64,000 nt of DNA from Candidatus Acidiferrales bacterium (GTDB lineage Bacteria > Acidobacteriota > Terriglobia > Acidiferrales > UBA7541), in NCBI GenBank assembly GCA_050747245.1, contig JBOGNO010000006.1, positions 26,005 through 90,004 on the forward strand. The letters run 5' to 3'. Positions 9,349-18,973 of this stretch are shown one piece after another. Below the pieces are notes generated by a model that did not search any database, was not told the DNA's origin, and was given only the letters and a program-made list of their open reading frames with translations. Each line of letters begins with the position of its first letter. Positions within the stretch are counted from its first letter, which is position 1. The position numbers and the translations under genes were made by a program.

Positions 9349-9912
9349 ATGGGACTGTGGCCGGCGATGATTGCTGTCTTGCTCGCCTGCACGATTTTCC
9401 CCGTCAGCTCCGGCGCGCAGTCCGAAGACGTTTCCGAGTACCAGGTTAAGGCGGCATTCCTGTATAACTTCGCGAAATTCGTTGACTGGCCGTCGGACGC
9501 TTTTGTGAGCGACACGGCTCCCATCAATCTGTGCGTGATTGGACAAGACCCGTTTGGCGATGCGCTGGATGACGCAGTTCGCGACAAATCCATTGGCAGG
9601 CACAAGTTGGTGATTCGCCGGACCAAAAAGCTCGACGATGAGAAGGCATGCCAGATTATTTTCCTGAGCGATTCGGAAAGCAAGCGGCTTCCCGAAGTTC
9701 TCCGCTCGGTGAGCGGCGCGAGCACGCTGCTGGTTGGCGAAAGGCAGGCATTTGCCGAGCAAGGCGGCGTGATCGCATTCCTTCTGGAGGACAACAAGGT
9801 GCGATTCGCGATCAATGTAGATGCCGCAGAGCGAGCGCGGCTGAAAATCAGCTCCAAACTCCTAGCGCTGGCCACGATTGTTCACGATCCGGCGCCGGGG
9901 AAGAGAAACTAA
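9349..9912 (+). CDS. YfiR-like periplasmic protein (DUF4154)
   Basis: YQVKAAFLYNFAKFVDWP...LCVIG.DPFGDAL...LKISSKLLALA matches the DUF4154/YfiR consensus. The start is chosen at the M that begins the signal peptide (MGLWPAMIAVLLAC...AQS). In-frame upstream ATGs at 9208 and 9292 cannot be excluded. Confidence 0.6.
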   Translation: MGLWPAMIAVLLACTIFPVSSGAQSEDVSEYQVKAAFLYNFAKFVDWPSDAFVSDTAPINLCVIGQDPFGDALDDAVRDKSIGRHKLVIRRTKKLDDEKACQIIFLSDSESKRLPEVLRSVSGASTLLVGERQAFAEQGGVIAFLLEDNKVRFAINVDAAERARLKISSKLLALATIVHDPAPGKRN

Positions 9913-9913
9913 A

Positions 9914-12643
9914 ATGCGGGGATTTCGAAACACCTCCATCCGGACGAAGCTCCAGGCCATCGTAATGCTGACCTGTGGCGCAGCCTTGCTTTTGGCGGCC
10001 TTCATTTTTACCGGCTATGATCGGCTGACATTTCTGCAGTCGGATACACAGGACCTCTCCACGACGGCGAAAATGATCGGGGAGAACAGCACGGCGGCGC
10101 TTACATTTGGCGACGCCGATTCGGCCCGCGAGATTCTCACAGCGCTTCACGCGAAGGGCCACGTGGTCTTCGCCGCCATCTACGGGAAGAACGGGGAAGT
10201 ATTTGCCAAGTACAGCCGGGACCCAGCCCAAGCGGATTTTTCACCGCCCGCACCCGGGCCGGATGGCTCTGCGGTGGCCGGCGAACACAAAATCCTGTTT
10301 CAGAAAATTATTCTCAAAGACGATCCCATCGGCACCATTTATATCGAAGAGGATCTCGGAGAGTTGCATTCACGCCTAGTCCGATTCCTTGAGATCGTCC
10401 TCTTGGCCTTGTTCCTTTCCCTGACCACAGCTTTTTTCTTTTCTTCGAGCCTTCAGAAGGTGATTTCGACGCCGATTCGCGAGCTCGCCGAGACAGCGTC
10501 GTCTGTTTCCGTGCACGAGAATTATTCGATTCGAGCCGTAAAGAAGAATGATGATGAGATCGGGTTTCTCTTCGACCAGTTTAACGGGATGCTCGACCGC
10601 ATTCAGCAACGGGATGTGGCGCTGCAAGAGGCGCACGACCAGCTTGAAACCAGGGTTGCGGAGCGCACTGCATTTCTCAATGCACTGATTGACACCAGCC
10701 CCCTAGCCATCGTCGTTTTGAATCCAGCGAGTGAGGTGCAGCTGTGCAATCCAGCATTCGAAAGGCTATTCCAATACTCGCGCGCAGAGGCCATTGGGCT
10801 CTCCCTGGAGAAACTGATAGCGGACGAGGAGTTGGCCTCGGAAATGCAAACTGCCCATAGCACCATGGCCGAGGACGAAACAGTCATCCTTGTCACGCGC
10901 CGGCGTCGTAAGGACCAAACCGTAGTGGATGTGGAACTTCACGCCGTGCCCCTAATCGTCAACGGCAGAGTCGCGGGCAGCTTCACAATCTATCAGGACG
11001 TGTCCATTCGCAAGCGCACGGAAGCAGAAATGCGGCGCGCCAAGGAAGCCGCCGAAGCCGCCAGCAAGGCGAAGAGCGAGTTCCTGGCAAACATGAGCCA
11101 CGAAATCCGCACGCCGATGAATGGAATCATGGGTATGACGGAACTGGTGTTGGATTCGAAACTCGATTCCGATCAGCGCGATTACCTGAACATGGTGAAG
11201 TCATCGGCAGAGTCCCTTCTTTCGTTGATCAACGACATCTTGGATTATTCAAAGATTGAAGCCGGAAAACTGGAGTTCGAGGCCATCGGCTTCAATCTCG
11301 GCGAGTGTCTAGGCGATACGATGAAATCGCTCAGTTTCCGCGCGCACGAGAAGGGGCTGGAACTCGCCTATTACCTCCAACCGGATGTTCCCGAAGCGCT
11401 CGTCGGCGATCCTGGCCGGCTACGCCAAGTGATGGTCAATTTGGTTGGGAACGCCATCAAGTTCACGGCCAAGGGTGAAGTGGTCGTTTATGGCCAAGTA
11501 GAGTCGAAGACCGAAGCCGACGCCCTGCTGCACTTTACGATCACAGACACGGGCATAGGTATCCCGCAGGAAAAGCAAGCTGCCATCTTCGAGGCGTTCA
11601 CGCAAGTGGACGGCTCGATGAGTCGCACATACGGAGGCACGGGTTTAGGCTTGACCATTTCCTCGCGATTGGTAGATCTGATGCGAGGGAAGATTTGGGT
11701 CGAGAGCGAAGTCGGAAAGGGCAGTCGCTTCCACTTCACGGCCCGCGTAGGAATACAAAAACCGCCGGCGCGATTCGTAGTTCCCAAGGACTCGGCTGTG
11801 TTGCGCGACATGCGGGTGCTGGTAGTTGACGACAACGCCACGAACCGCCATATCCTGCTGAAGATGCTCGAGAGCTGGAGGACGCAACCTACGGGCGTGG
11901 GGAGCGGAGCTGATGCACTCCGGACGCTCCACGAAGCGCAAAGCCTGGGTGGGACATTCCCGCTCATTTTGCTGGACGCCCAGATGCCGGAAATGGATGG
12001 CTTTGCTTTGGCGGATTCCATCAAACGGAACCCGGAATGGAAAACCGCGACCATCATGATGCTCAGTTCGGCTGGGCAGCGCGGAGACGCAAGTCGCTGC
12101 CGAGAGTTGGGTGTTGCCGCCTATCTGACCAAGCCGATCCGGCGAGCGGAACTATTGGATGCGATCCTCACTGCCCTGAGAACCAGCACGGCGGAGGGCG
12201 CGCAAGCCCCCGTCCTGGTCACGCGCCACTGGCTGCGGGAGAATAGCTGCCAACTTCGCATCCTTCTTGTCGAGGACAACAAGGTAAACCAGGTGCTCGC
12301 ACTTCGGTTGCTGGAGCGGCAGGGCCATTCCGTGACCTTGGCCGGGAACGGCAAAGAAGCACTGGCAACCTTGGAAAAGCAATCGTTTGATTTGGCGCTT
12401 ATGGATGTTCAGATGCCGGAGATGGATGGGTTCGAGGCCACAGCCATCATCCGCGAGAAAGAAAGATTATCTGGAGCCCATTTGCCCATCATCGCCATGA
12501 CCGCCCATGCCATGGTCGGCGACCGAGAACGGTGTTTGAAAGCTGGAATGGACGACTACATCACCAAGCCTATCCACGCCCAGAATCTGATGGAATTGCT
12601 GAAGCGTATTTCTCCCACAAGTGAAAAGGAGAAAGTGCTCTAG
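9914..12643 (+). CDS. hybrid sensor histidine kinase with periplasmic domain, HAMP, PAS, HisKA, HATPase_c and two receiver domains
   Basis: The ATG is 2 nt after the YfiR-like stop. The H-box ([11 protein letters not shown]), N/G boxes ([24 protein letters not shown]) and two REC domains ([24 protein letters not shown]) are present. Confidence 0.9.
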   Translation: MRGFRNTSIRTKLQAIVMLTCGAALLLAAFIFTGYDRLTFLQSDTQDLSTTAKMIGENSTAALTFGDADSAREILTALHAKGHVVFAAIYGKNGEVFAKYSRDPAQADFSPPAPGPDGSAVAGEHKILFQKIILKDDPIGTIYIEEDLGELHSRLVRFLEIVLLALFLSLTTAFFFSSSLQKVISTPIRELAETASSVSVHENYSIRAVKKNDDEIGFLFDQFNGMLDRIQQRDVALQEAHDQLETRVAERTAFLNALIDTSPLAIVVLNPASEVQLCNPAFERLFQYSRAEAIGLSLEKLIADEELASEMQTAHSTMAEDETVILVTRRRRKDQTVVDVELHAVPLIVNGRVAGSFTIYQDVSIRKRTEAEMRRAKEAAEAASKAKSEFLANMSHEIRTPMNGIMGMTELVLDSKLDSDQRDYLNMVKSSAESLLSLINDILDYSKIEAGKLEFEAIGFNLGECLGDTMKSLSFRAHEKGLELAYYLQPDVPEALVGDPGRLRQVMVNLVGNAIKFTAKGEVVVYGQVESKTEADALLHFTITDTGIGIPQEKQAAIFEAFTQVDGSMSRTYGGTGLGLTISSRLVDLMRGKIWVESEVGKGSRFHFTARVGIQKPPARFVVPKDSAVLRDMRVLVVDDNATNRHILLKMLESWRTQPTGVGSGADALRTLHEAQSLGGTFPLILLDAQMPEMDGFALADSIKRNPEWKTATIMMLSSAGQRGDASRCRELGVAAYLTKPIRRAELLDAILTALRTSTAEGAQAPVLVTRHWLRENSCQLRILLVEDNKVNQVLALRLLERQGHSVTLAGNGKEALATLEKQSFDLALMDVQMPEMDGFEATAIIREKERLSGAHLPIIAMTAHAMVGDRERCLKAGMDDYITKPIHAQNLMELLKRISPTSEKEKVL

Positions 12644-12700
12644 CGATGCGGCTGCACGCGTGAGTATCGAAGCAGAGGATTCCTGCAGATTCAGATGAAG

Positions 12701-12778
12701 TGGCGGGGCCGACGGGACTCGAACCCGCGACCTCCTGCGTGACAGGCAGGCGTTCTAAACCGACTGAACTACGGCCCC
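12701..12778 (-). tRNA. tRNA-Asp (anticodon GTC)
   Basis: A manual cloverleaf fold gives acceptor GGGGCCG/CGGCCCC, D-stem GUUC/GAAC, anticodon stem CCUGC/GCAGG with loop CUGUCAC, a T-arm with GUUCGAGU, discriminator G and an encoded CCA. Confidence 0.9.
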
Positions 12779-12806
12779 GCGAATTAAAGCTTGCAGCTAA
12801 ACTCTG

Positions 12807-12882
12807 TGGTGGGCGGTCACAGACTTGAACTGTGGACCTTCCCGGTGTAAGCGGGATGCTCTAACCACTGAGCTAACCGCCC
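12807..12882 (-). tRNA. tRNA-Val (anticodon TAC)
   Basis: A manual fold gives acceptor GGGCGGU/ACCGCCC, D-stem GCUC/GAGC, anticodon stem UCCCG/CGGGA with loop CUUACAC, T-stem CACAG/CUGUG with loop UUCAAGU, discriminator A and an encoded CCA. Confidence 0.9.
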
Positions 12883-12888
12883 CAAACC

Positions 12889-12917
12889 ATCGTAACGGAA
12901 GCGAGAAAGGGCGTCAA
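12889..12917 (-). promoter_or_regulatory. candidate sigma70-type promoter for the tRNA-Val/tRNA-Asp operon
   Basis: The minus strand reads TTGACG, then a 17 nt spacer, then TACGAT, with the last base of the -10 hexamer 6 nt upstream of the mature tRNA-Val 5' end. Confidence 0.45.
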
Positions 12918-12992
12918 CGGCGTTGCCTTGACACTTCCGTTCGCGCGCCATTAGACTGAAGTGTTTTAAGATGCGCCGGAGAATAATCAGGG

Positions 12993-13274
12993 ATGCTGCT
13001 GCAACGGGATTTCGTTGGCTACATGGCGAAGGAAGTGGTCAAGCGCCTCGTGGAAGGGCAGATGGTGGAGACGAAAGCCGTGGAAGCCGTTACGCAGCGC
13101 TTGCGGCAGGGGATGGCCGAGGAGCTTTCCATCGAGGACCGCCTCAACGAAGAGGTACGCGAGATTCTGGCGCGGTACTCGGATGAGATGCAGCGCACCG
13201 GCGTTTCCTACCAGGAGATGTACAAGAAGGTGAAAGGGCAATTGGCACGCGAAAGAAAATTGATACTCCGCTGA
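12993..13274 (+). CDS. DUF507-like small protein (paralog 1)
   Basis: The 93 aa acidic helical protein has a KEVVKRLVE ... EEVREIL pattern. The adjacent paralog shares the same architecture. Confidence 0.5.
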   Translation: MLLQRDFVGYMAKEVVKRLVEGQMVETKAVEAVTQRLRQGMAEELSIEDRLNEEVREILARYSDEMQRTGVSYQEMYKKVKGQLARERKLILR

Positions 13275-13313
13275 CATCCGGACCGACGCGGAATCGAGGA
13301 TTGACTCCATCGA

Positions 13314-13610
13314 ATGAGACTGAGCCGGGAAAAAACTGTGCGCCTCTCGCACCGCATGATTGAGACGCTGGTAGCGAGCGAGGACGTGGAATTCGTCGAA
13401 GACCGCGAGACCATCCGCCAAGAAATGGTGAAGATTTTGACGGATCTGTTGAAAGTGGAAGAACAGGTGGACAACGACGCGAGACAGAAGATCGCTTCGC
13501 AGAAGAAAGAGATTCTGGAAGGCAGCGAGGAGTGGGACCTCCTCTACCGGAAATATTACAACGAAGGACTGCGACGCATGGGTGTGGTGGAAGCCTCGGA
13601 ACGCCGGTAG
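13314..13610 (+). CDS. DUF507-like small protein (paralog 2)
   Basis: The 98 aa protein (MIETLVASEDVEFVEDRETIRQEMVKILTDLLKVEE) is similar to the upstream ORF, forming a tandem pair. Confidence 0.5.
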   Translation: MRLSREKTVRLSHRMIETLVASEDVEFVEDRETIRQEMVKILTDLLKVEEQVDNDARQKIASQKKEILEGSEEWDLLYRKYYNEGLRRMGVVEASERR

Positions 13611-13662
13611 TTCTGGGCGATTCTTAGACGAGAATTAATTCCCGAACATGAAATGGGGCCAA

Positions 13663-13692
13663 GGCGATCCGCAGGCTCGCCCTGTTTGTTTT
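13663..13692 (+). terminator. possible Rho-independent terminator after the DUF507 pair
   Basis: A GGCGA/TCGCC stem with a 9 nt loop is followed by TTTGTTTT. It lies between convergent genes. Confidence 0.35.
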
Positions 13693-13708
13693 GGATTCGT
13701 TCAGTAAA

Positions 13709-14809
13709 TTACGGCCGGCGCTTCAAGACGGGCCGGTCGCTGTTATCGTCGCCGCTGCTCTGAGTACCGCCGGTCTTGTTGGGATCGGCTTCGGTCTTCT
13801 TCCGCAGAGTGGGCTTGCCCGGGCCCTTAGTTTCCTGAGCCTTTTGACCTGCCTCGATCATCGCCAGGCGGTGCTTCACGCTATCAAACTCTGAAGTGGT
13901 GACGATGTATTCCTCGCGAGGCGGGAGGATTTCAGCAATTTCCTTCTGCGCCGCCGCGACGCGATCGGGAGTGGGAGGATGCGTGGCGAAGACCTTCGGA
14001 ATGGTTCCCGGACGCTTGCGATCCTCCGCCTCGATCTTTTCAAAAAACGTCACAAACGCGTTGGGGTCGTATCCCGCTTTGTACATGTACTGGAGCCCAA
14101 GATAATCGGCCTCGCGCTCCACGTCGCGGGAAAATTTCAAGTAGGTCAGAGGAATCAGGAAGTTCATGCCCTGGTATATGGCATATCCCGTCCAAGTGTA
14201 GGGGATGAAAATCATGGCGGGGATGCTCGCGAGGTTAATGATCTCGCCTTTGGTTGCATTGCGTGTGCCGTGGCGAGCGCACACATGCGCGGTCTCATGC
14301 GCCATGGCGCCGGCCAGTTCCGCTTCCTCATCAGCGTGCAGGATCAGGCCGCTGTTCACGTAAAAGAAACCACCGGGGAGAGCGAAGGCGTTCACGACAT
14401 CGGAGTCAATGACCTTGATGGTGAAGGGAACCTGACAATCGGAATTGCGGACAATATTCTGTCCCACGCGGTTCACGTATTCGTTGACCACCGGATCCTG
14501 GATGAACTTGGCCTCGCGATCCACTTCCGAGGCGAGTTGCTTACCGAGGGCGATCTCCCTCTCGAGAGAATAGAAATCGGGGCCATGGCCGACTTTGCGG
14601 TTGCCGATGGCGCTGACGTCGGACTCGTTTCCTTTTCCGTTGCCCGGTGTGTCCGGGCTCTGCGTCTGCTGCTGGGACGACTGGGTTGATTGCTGAGTCG
14701 ACTGCTGGCTCGATTGCTGCTGGGACTGTTGCTGTGCCGCCAACCCGGGGGGCAGAACGAGGACCGTTGACAACAGGGCCGCTCCAATTCGCATTGTCCA
14801 AGGATTCAT
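13709..14809 (-). CDS. M48 family metallopeptidase (BepA/YcaL-like), secreted
   Basis: It has an HETAHVCARH zinc motif and a downstream READYLGLQYMYKAGYDP. The signal peptide is followed by a Gln/Ser-rich low-complexity linker. The start may be at 14827. Confidence 0.8.
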   Translation of the reverse strand: MNPWTMRIGAALLSTVLVLPPGLAAQQQSQQQSSQQSTQQSTQSSQQQTQSPDTPGNGKGNESDVSAIGNRKVGHGPDFYSLEREIALGKQLASEVDREAKFIQDPVVNEYVNRVGQNIVRNSDCQVPFTIKVIDSDVVNAFALPGGFFYVNSGLILHADEEAELAGAMAHETAHVCARHGTRNATKGEIINLASIPAMIFIPYTWTGYAIYQGMNFLIPLTYLKFSRDVEREADYLGLQYMYKAGYDPNAFVTFFEKIEAEDRKRPGTIPKVFATHPPTPDRVAAAQKEIAEILPPREEYIVTTSEFDSVKHRLAMIEAGQKAQETKGPGKPTLRKKTEADPNKTGGTQSSGDDNSDRPVLKRRP

Positions 14810-14970
14810 CGGCGCTTCCTCCGCCAAGCCTCGCAGGAGTATACACCCCCTTCAGGCGGGCTTTCGTCAATTCGTTGGATGAGGTGTCGGCAAGAATAGT
14901 TTCCTTTCCGAGAGCGGAGATTGCAGGACCGCGAGCAAAGTTGACGCATGCTGGGAAAGCGTCTAGAGTC

Positions 14971-15201
14971 ATGCAGATGACGGCGCCAGCCAAGATTCAG
15001 CTCGGACAAGTGTGGAAAAAAGACAGCACGCCCGACTCCTACCTAGTGACGAAAATTTACACTGAGGCGCTCGCAACCATAGTGCTCCTGCGCAAGGCAG
15101 GAGCGGAGGACGAGCCTCCGCTGCGAGTTCGCGTGGTCCGCGACGGTAACGCACAAGCGCTTCCCGGATTTACGTTTGCGCAGGAGAGTGGAGAATTCTA
15201 G
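14971..15201 (+). CDS. hypothetical small protein (76 aa)
   Basis: The ATG-initiated ORF occupies an otherwise gene-free 410 bp gap. No recognisable domain is seen, and the coding status is uncertain. Confidence 0.2.
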   Translation: MQMTAPAKIQLGQVWKKDSTPDSYLVTKIYTEALATIVLLRKAGAEDEPPLRVRVVRDGNAQALPGFTFAQESGEF

Positions 15202-15240
15202 AGGAGCGCTTCCTGGACCGAATCCGGGACGATCTCCATG

Positions 15241-15957
15241 CTAGATGGAGCGCACCGGCAATTTCACGACATCGGCGACTTGGATGATTTCCTTAGTAAC
15301 AAACCCTTCCGCGTAGCGCACCCCGATCATGCGCCCATATGACCTGGCGAGGAGGCTCATCCTCTCCTCAAGTTCGTCGAGCGGCAGGTGCACTTTGCCG
15401 CGGCGCTCTCCGGGCTTTGGGTTGAACTGGGATTGATAGGCGAGAATCGCGCGGCGCCGCCGTTCGTATTGCGGCGTGATATCCACTGCAAGTGTGGGAC
15501 GGACGTCGGCGTAACTCGCGGCGTAGAGGAGTTTGAACGGACGGAAGGCCTGGCCAGCAATCGGCAACTGCTTCAGCCCAGCCAGGAAACAACCTTCGTA
15601 AGCAAGGCGCGCCGCATTGTAATGGTCGGGGTGGCGGCCTTCCCAGTAAGGAAGGATAACCGTGTGCGGCTGCCAGGCGCGAATCTTGCGCGCCAGCGCC
15701 AGCTTATTTTCCGCACTCGCCTCGACGTCGGCATCCGGCAATCCCAGATTTTCGCGGAGGGATACGCCCAGTATGCGCGCGGCTTTGGCAGCTTCGCGCA
15801 TTCGGATTTCCGGAGTGCCTCGGGTGCCCATCTCTCCACGCGTCAGGTCGAGAATCCCTACGCGGTAGCCCAACCGCGACATTTTCAGCAGGGTACCACC
15901 GGAGGTGAGCTCCGCGTCGTCGGGATGCGCAGCAATCGCCAGCAAATCGAGCTTCAT
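15241..15957 (-). CDS. PIG-L/LmbE family deacetylase (BshB1-like)
   Basis: LAIAAHPDDAELTSGGT...LTRGEMGTRG...HPDH are family motifs. Confidence 0.75.
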   Translation of the reverse strand: MKLDLLAIAAHPDDAELTSGGTLLKMSRLGYRVGILDLTRGEMGTRGTPEIRMREAAKAARILGVSLRENLGLPDADVEASAENKLALARKIRAWQPHTVILPYWEGRHPDHYNAARLAYEGCFLAGLKQLPIAGQAFRPFKLLYAASYADVRPTLAVDITPQYERRRRAILAYQSQFNPKPGERRGKVHLPLDELEERMSLLARSYGRMIGVRYAEGFVTKEIIQVADVVKLPVRSI

Positions 15958-16050
15958 GTTTCCTCCGATTCGTGAGCCCGTATTATGGCTCAGAAGCAGG
16001 GAATTGAGCGACGACTTGCTGGCGACACAGTGAGGGGTTTGCAGCTACCG

Positions 16051-16293
16051 CTACTTCTTGATGAGCCGGACTATGGCGACGAGAATGATTGCGCCGGCGA
16101 TAGCCACTAGAATTGTGTAGACCAGACCCCCTCCAGCAAACCCGAGCCGCGTCATGATCCATCCGCCGAGGAGCGCGCCGAGGATTCCCAGGATGATGTC
16201 CATGATCACGCCATATCCGCTGCCCTTCATAATTTTGCCGGTGACCCATCCGGCGACCAGTCCAACGAGCGCCCACCACAATAGGTTCATCAT
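16051..16293 (-). CDS. GlsB/YeaQ/YmgE family stress-response membrane protein
   Basis: The approximately 80 aa protein has glycine-zipper TM helices (LVGLVAGWVTGKIMKGSGYG...ILGALLGGW), typical of the transglycosylase-associated family. Confidence 0.7.
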   Translation of the reverse strand: MMNLLWWALVGLVAGWVTGKIMKGSGYGVIMDIILGILGALLGGWIMTRLGFAGGGLVYTILVAIAGAIILVAIVRLIKK

Positions 16294-16441
16294 AAGATCC
16301 TCCTTGAGGTGCACCTAGGGAAGCTGACCTGGGCTTCTATACCACCTTCGATGATGAGTCGCAATCACTCTGGATTGCGCTGAACCCTGCGCTTTGAAAC
16401 GGCCGCCGGGTGTGGTAGGCTCCCGGCCCGGAGGTGTTTCG

Positions 16442-17395
16442 ATGAGAAGGATTCTGTATCTGCTGACGGCTCTCCTGTTGCTTGGCGTGGCTCCTCGCGC
16501 CACTGCACAGGACAATTCACAAGCGCAAACTGCAAAGAAAAAACCGGCCACCAAGGCTCAACATCACGCCGACGAGGCGAAAGAGGCTGAGGCGACGCCG
16601 CCTGAGCACCTGATGGCTACCCCGCCGCCCGTGCTGGTGATGCACACAGAAGAGATCAAGATGGGGAAGGCAATGCAGTATGAGGATCTCTCTGCGAAGT
16701 ACGCGGCACTCTTTGGAAAGTTGAAGCCAGAATTTCACTATATTGGAATGTACTCCATGTCTGGACCGAGTCGCGCAGTGTACCTCGTGCCCTTCGGTTC
16801 GCTTGCGGATATGAGCAGCACGATGCAGGCGGTATTCGGTCAGGAGACCCCAGGAAGCGAATTGGCCCGGCTCGATGCTGAAACAGCCAACACCAACGAA
16901 GAGGCGCGCGACGCTGTATTCCTCCTCCGACCTGATTTGAGCTATGAGCCGGGTGTGGACATCTCCAAACTGCGCTATTTCGCGGTGGAAACTTTCCGCG
17001 TTCGCCCCGGCCATGATCGGGAATTCGATGAGGGCGGAAAACTCTTCCAGGACGCCTACAAGAAGTCTGGAATCGAGGCACACTACGCGATCTTTCAAGC
17101 CCTCTATGGAGCGCCCGAAGGGACATACCTGATCTTCGAGCCGATTGCTTCGCTGGCGGACGTAGATAAGGAATTTTCTCAGATGGGCGCGCTGATGGGC
17201 GCGATGGGAGACGGCGCGAAACGTCTAGATGAAATTTCTTCATCCGCGATCAACAGCGATCAATCTGATTTGTATGGCATCGATCCGCACATCAGCAATC
17301 CGCCGGAGGGCTGGGCGAAGGCCGACCCCGGTTTCTGGCGGCCCAAACCCACCAAGCCAGCGGCGGCGAAAGAGGAGAAGCCGAAGGCGCAGTAG
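16442..17395 (+). CDS. secreted hypothetical protein, internally duplicated (paralog of 51220..52107)
   Basis: The signal peptide (MRRILYLLTALLLLGVAPRATAQ) is followed by two similar halves. It is clearly similar to the ORF at 51220 (RYFAVETFRVRPGHDREF vs RLLRVTVFRVRAGHQNEF; TYLIFEPIASLADVDKEF vs EFIILEPMQSLKEADDSF; DPGFWRP vs DPDFWTP). Confidence 0.6.
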   Translation: MRRILYLLTALLLLGVAPRATAQDNSQAQTAKKKPATKAQHHADEAKEAEATPPEHLMATPPPVLVMHTEEIKMGKAMQYEDLSAKYAALFGKLKPEFHYIGMYSMSGPSRAVYLVPFGSLADMSSTMQAVFGQETPGSELARLDAETANTNEEARDAVFLLRPDLSYEPGVDISKLRYFAVETFRVRPGHDREFDEGGKLFQDAYKKSGIEAHYAIFQALYGAPEGTYLIFEPIASLADVDKEFSQMGALMGAMGDGAKRLDEISSSAINSDQSDLYGIDPHISNPPEGWAKADPGFWRPKPTKPAAAKEEKPKAQ

Positions 17396-17411
17396 TGCTG
17401 AGAAAAGCGCT

Positions 17412-17948
17412 TCAAGCAAACAGGAAGTAACCGGCAAGGCCGAGCGCGGTTCCAAGGAGCGAACCGGCAACGACATCGCTCAAGAAGTGCATCCCGAGGA
17501 GCACTCGAGAGATGGCGATGCTGAGCGCGAGGACCAAGAGCTCGGCCTGCAGGTGCGGGTAATAGAGCCCCACGGACACGGCCACCGCGAAGGCGGTGAT
17601 GGAATGTCCGGAGGGAAATGAAAACTGATCCGGTGGCAGCACCACGGCCCAGCAATGCGGTTCAAGCTCGCAGGGACGCTGCCGCCGGCTAAGATTCTTC
17701 ACGCAGCGGAATATCAGGATTCCGCTGACCACTGCGCACCCGGCAGAGGCCAGGGCGCGAAATCGCTCTGGGCCGCCCGCGAGTGCGAGCACGATTCCGA
17801 GCGCATACCATACCCAGCCATCTCCTAGCCGCGTAGCGAGAAGCGCCCCGATGCGCACCCAACGCGGCGCCCTCCAGCGATGCACGCGCCGCATGATTCG
17901 CCGATCTCGAGTGTCGATAAACGTCCATACCGCACGCGCTAGGGCCAT
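17412..17948 (-). CDS. PAP2 family phosphatase (membrane)
   Basis: SFPSGHS...SRVLLGMHFLSDVVAG are the PAP2 signature motifs, and there are multiple TM helices. Confidence 0.75.
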   Translation of the reverse strand: MALARAVWTFIDTRDRRIMRRVHRWRAPRWVRIGALLATRLGDGWVWYALGIVLALAGGPERFRALASAGCAVVSGILIFRCVKNLSRRQRPCELEPHCWAVVLPPDQFSFPSGHSITAFAVAVSVGLYYPHLQAELLVLALSIAISRVLLGMHFLSDVVAGSLLGTALGLAGYFLFA

Positions 17949-18829
17949 TGGAACGCCTCCGCCGCAGGACCTGGGCTCCAGCGCTCCTGCCGGGTTAAGC
18001 GGGCCGGTATGCCGAACACTTGCGAGCTCCAGCTCCGCAAGAACGCGATTTCATGCAGAGCCGTGGCCATCGTAACCATGGGAACAAACAAGGCCAGGGG
18101 CAGGAGCAGGGCGCTCAGAGGCTTCTCCCGAACCATGGAGGACACAATTGAGATGACGTCGCGTGTGAGCTTGAAATAATTTCCGTGTTCTCCACCCGGG
18201 AAAGCGATTCCGGCACGCAGTTGATTGAGAAATTCGTACTTGTCTCGTGCGCCCGGGGCTTCCGTCCATGCGCAACCCGCGGAACGCAGCGCGTGGGAGT
18301 CGCTTCCGCCGAGGCGGATCTTTCCCTCTCGGCGGGCAAGCCGATCCGCGTGGCGGTTGTGATCCGGCATCATCTGGCCGTTAAAGGTTTCGAACGCCGG
18401 AAAGTACTCCCGGAACCAGTCGAAGTCTTCTAGGAGCCTCGCACCCGTGAGCCCAGAAAAAACGTGATTGACGCTGAAGAAAATGCGCCGCTCGGAGAGA
18501 TAGACCAGCAATGAAATCAGATCTTCGCGCCGGCGCTGAATCTCGAAGTGCTGTCGTTCAGTGATGTCGTACACTCCGATATGAACAAGCGTTCCTCCCG
18601 GCATGCGGCAGGTTGCTTCCTCGCTTAGAAAGAAGTCGGAATGGCGGCGAAGTAATTCCGCGCCGTCAATCGAGTCATGGTCGGTGAGTGTCACCAAATC
18701 CATGCCCCTCCGCTTGAGAGTTGCGTAGAGCTCTTCAGGGTCGTTGTACGATTCTCGGCAAATCCGATTGAGCCCCGGAATGTGGCACATCCCGGAGTGG
18801 ATCGAGTGCACATGGAGGTCGCATCGCAT
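17939..18829 (-). CDS. PHP domain phosphoesterase
   Basis: MRCDLHVHSIHS is the HxH PHP signature at the N-terminus, and TLTDHDSIDG follows. The start is the internal ATG at the PHP motif. The long upstream extension in the track is probably not translated. Confidence 0.6.
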   Translation of the reverse strand: MRCDLHVHSIHSGMCHIPGLNRICRESYNDPEELYATLKRRGMDLVTLTDHDSIDGAELLRRHSDFFLSEEATCRMPGGTLVHIGVYDITERQHFEIQRRREDLISLLVYLSERRIFFSVNHVFSGLTGARLLEDFDWFREYFPAFETFNGQMMPDHNRHADRLARREGKIRLGGSDSHALRSAGCAWTEAPGARDKYEFLNQLRAGIAFPGGEHGNYFKLTRDVISIVSSMVREKPLSALLLPLALFVPMVTMATALHEIAFLRSWSSQVFGIPARLTRQERWSPGPAAEAFQWP

Positions 18830-18973
18830 GATGATAGTTTTCCACAGGAGTGTTACATGCGCGTGAAGCCGGCATGACAGGCCGGAAACGATTACGAATT
18901 GGTCACAGCGTTGCGCACGATTTTCCCGCGGCAAGTGAACGAATTTCTCATTTTGTGCAAGAATTCGCACGGA

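Noticed and set aside
9118-9875. 214 and 240 aa minus-strand ORFs
   Set aside because: They are antisense to the YfiR-like gene and the TonB receptor end. The composition is Ala/Arg/Ser-rich and no domain is recognisable.
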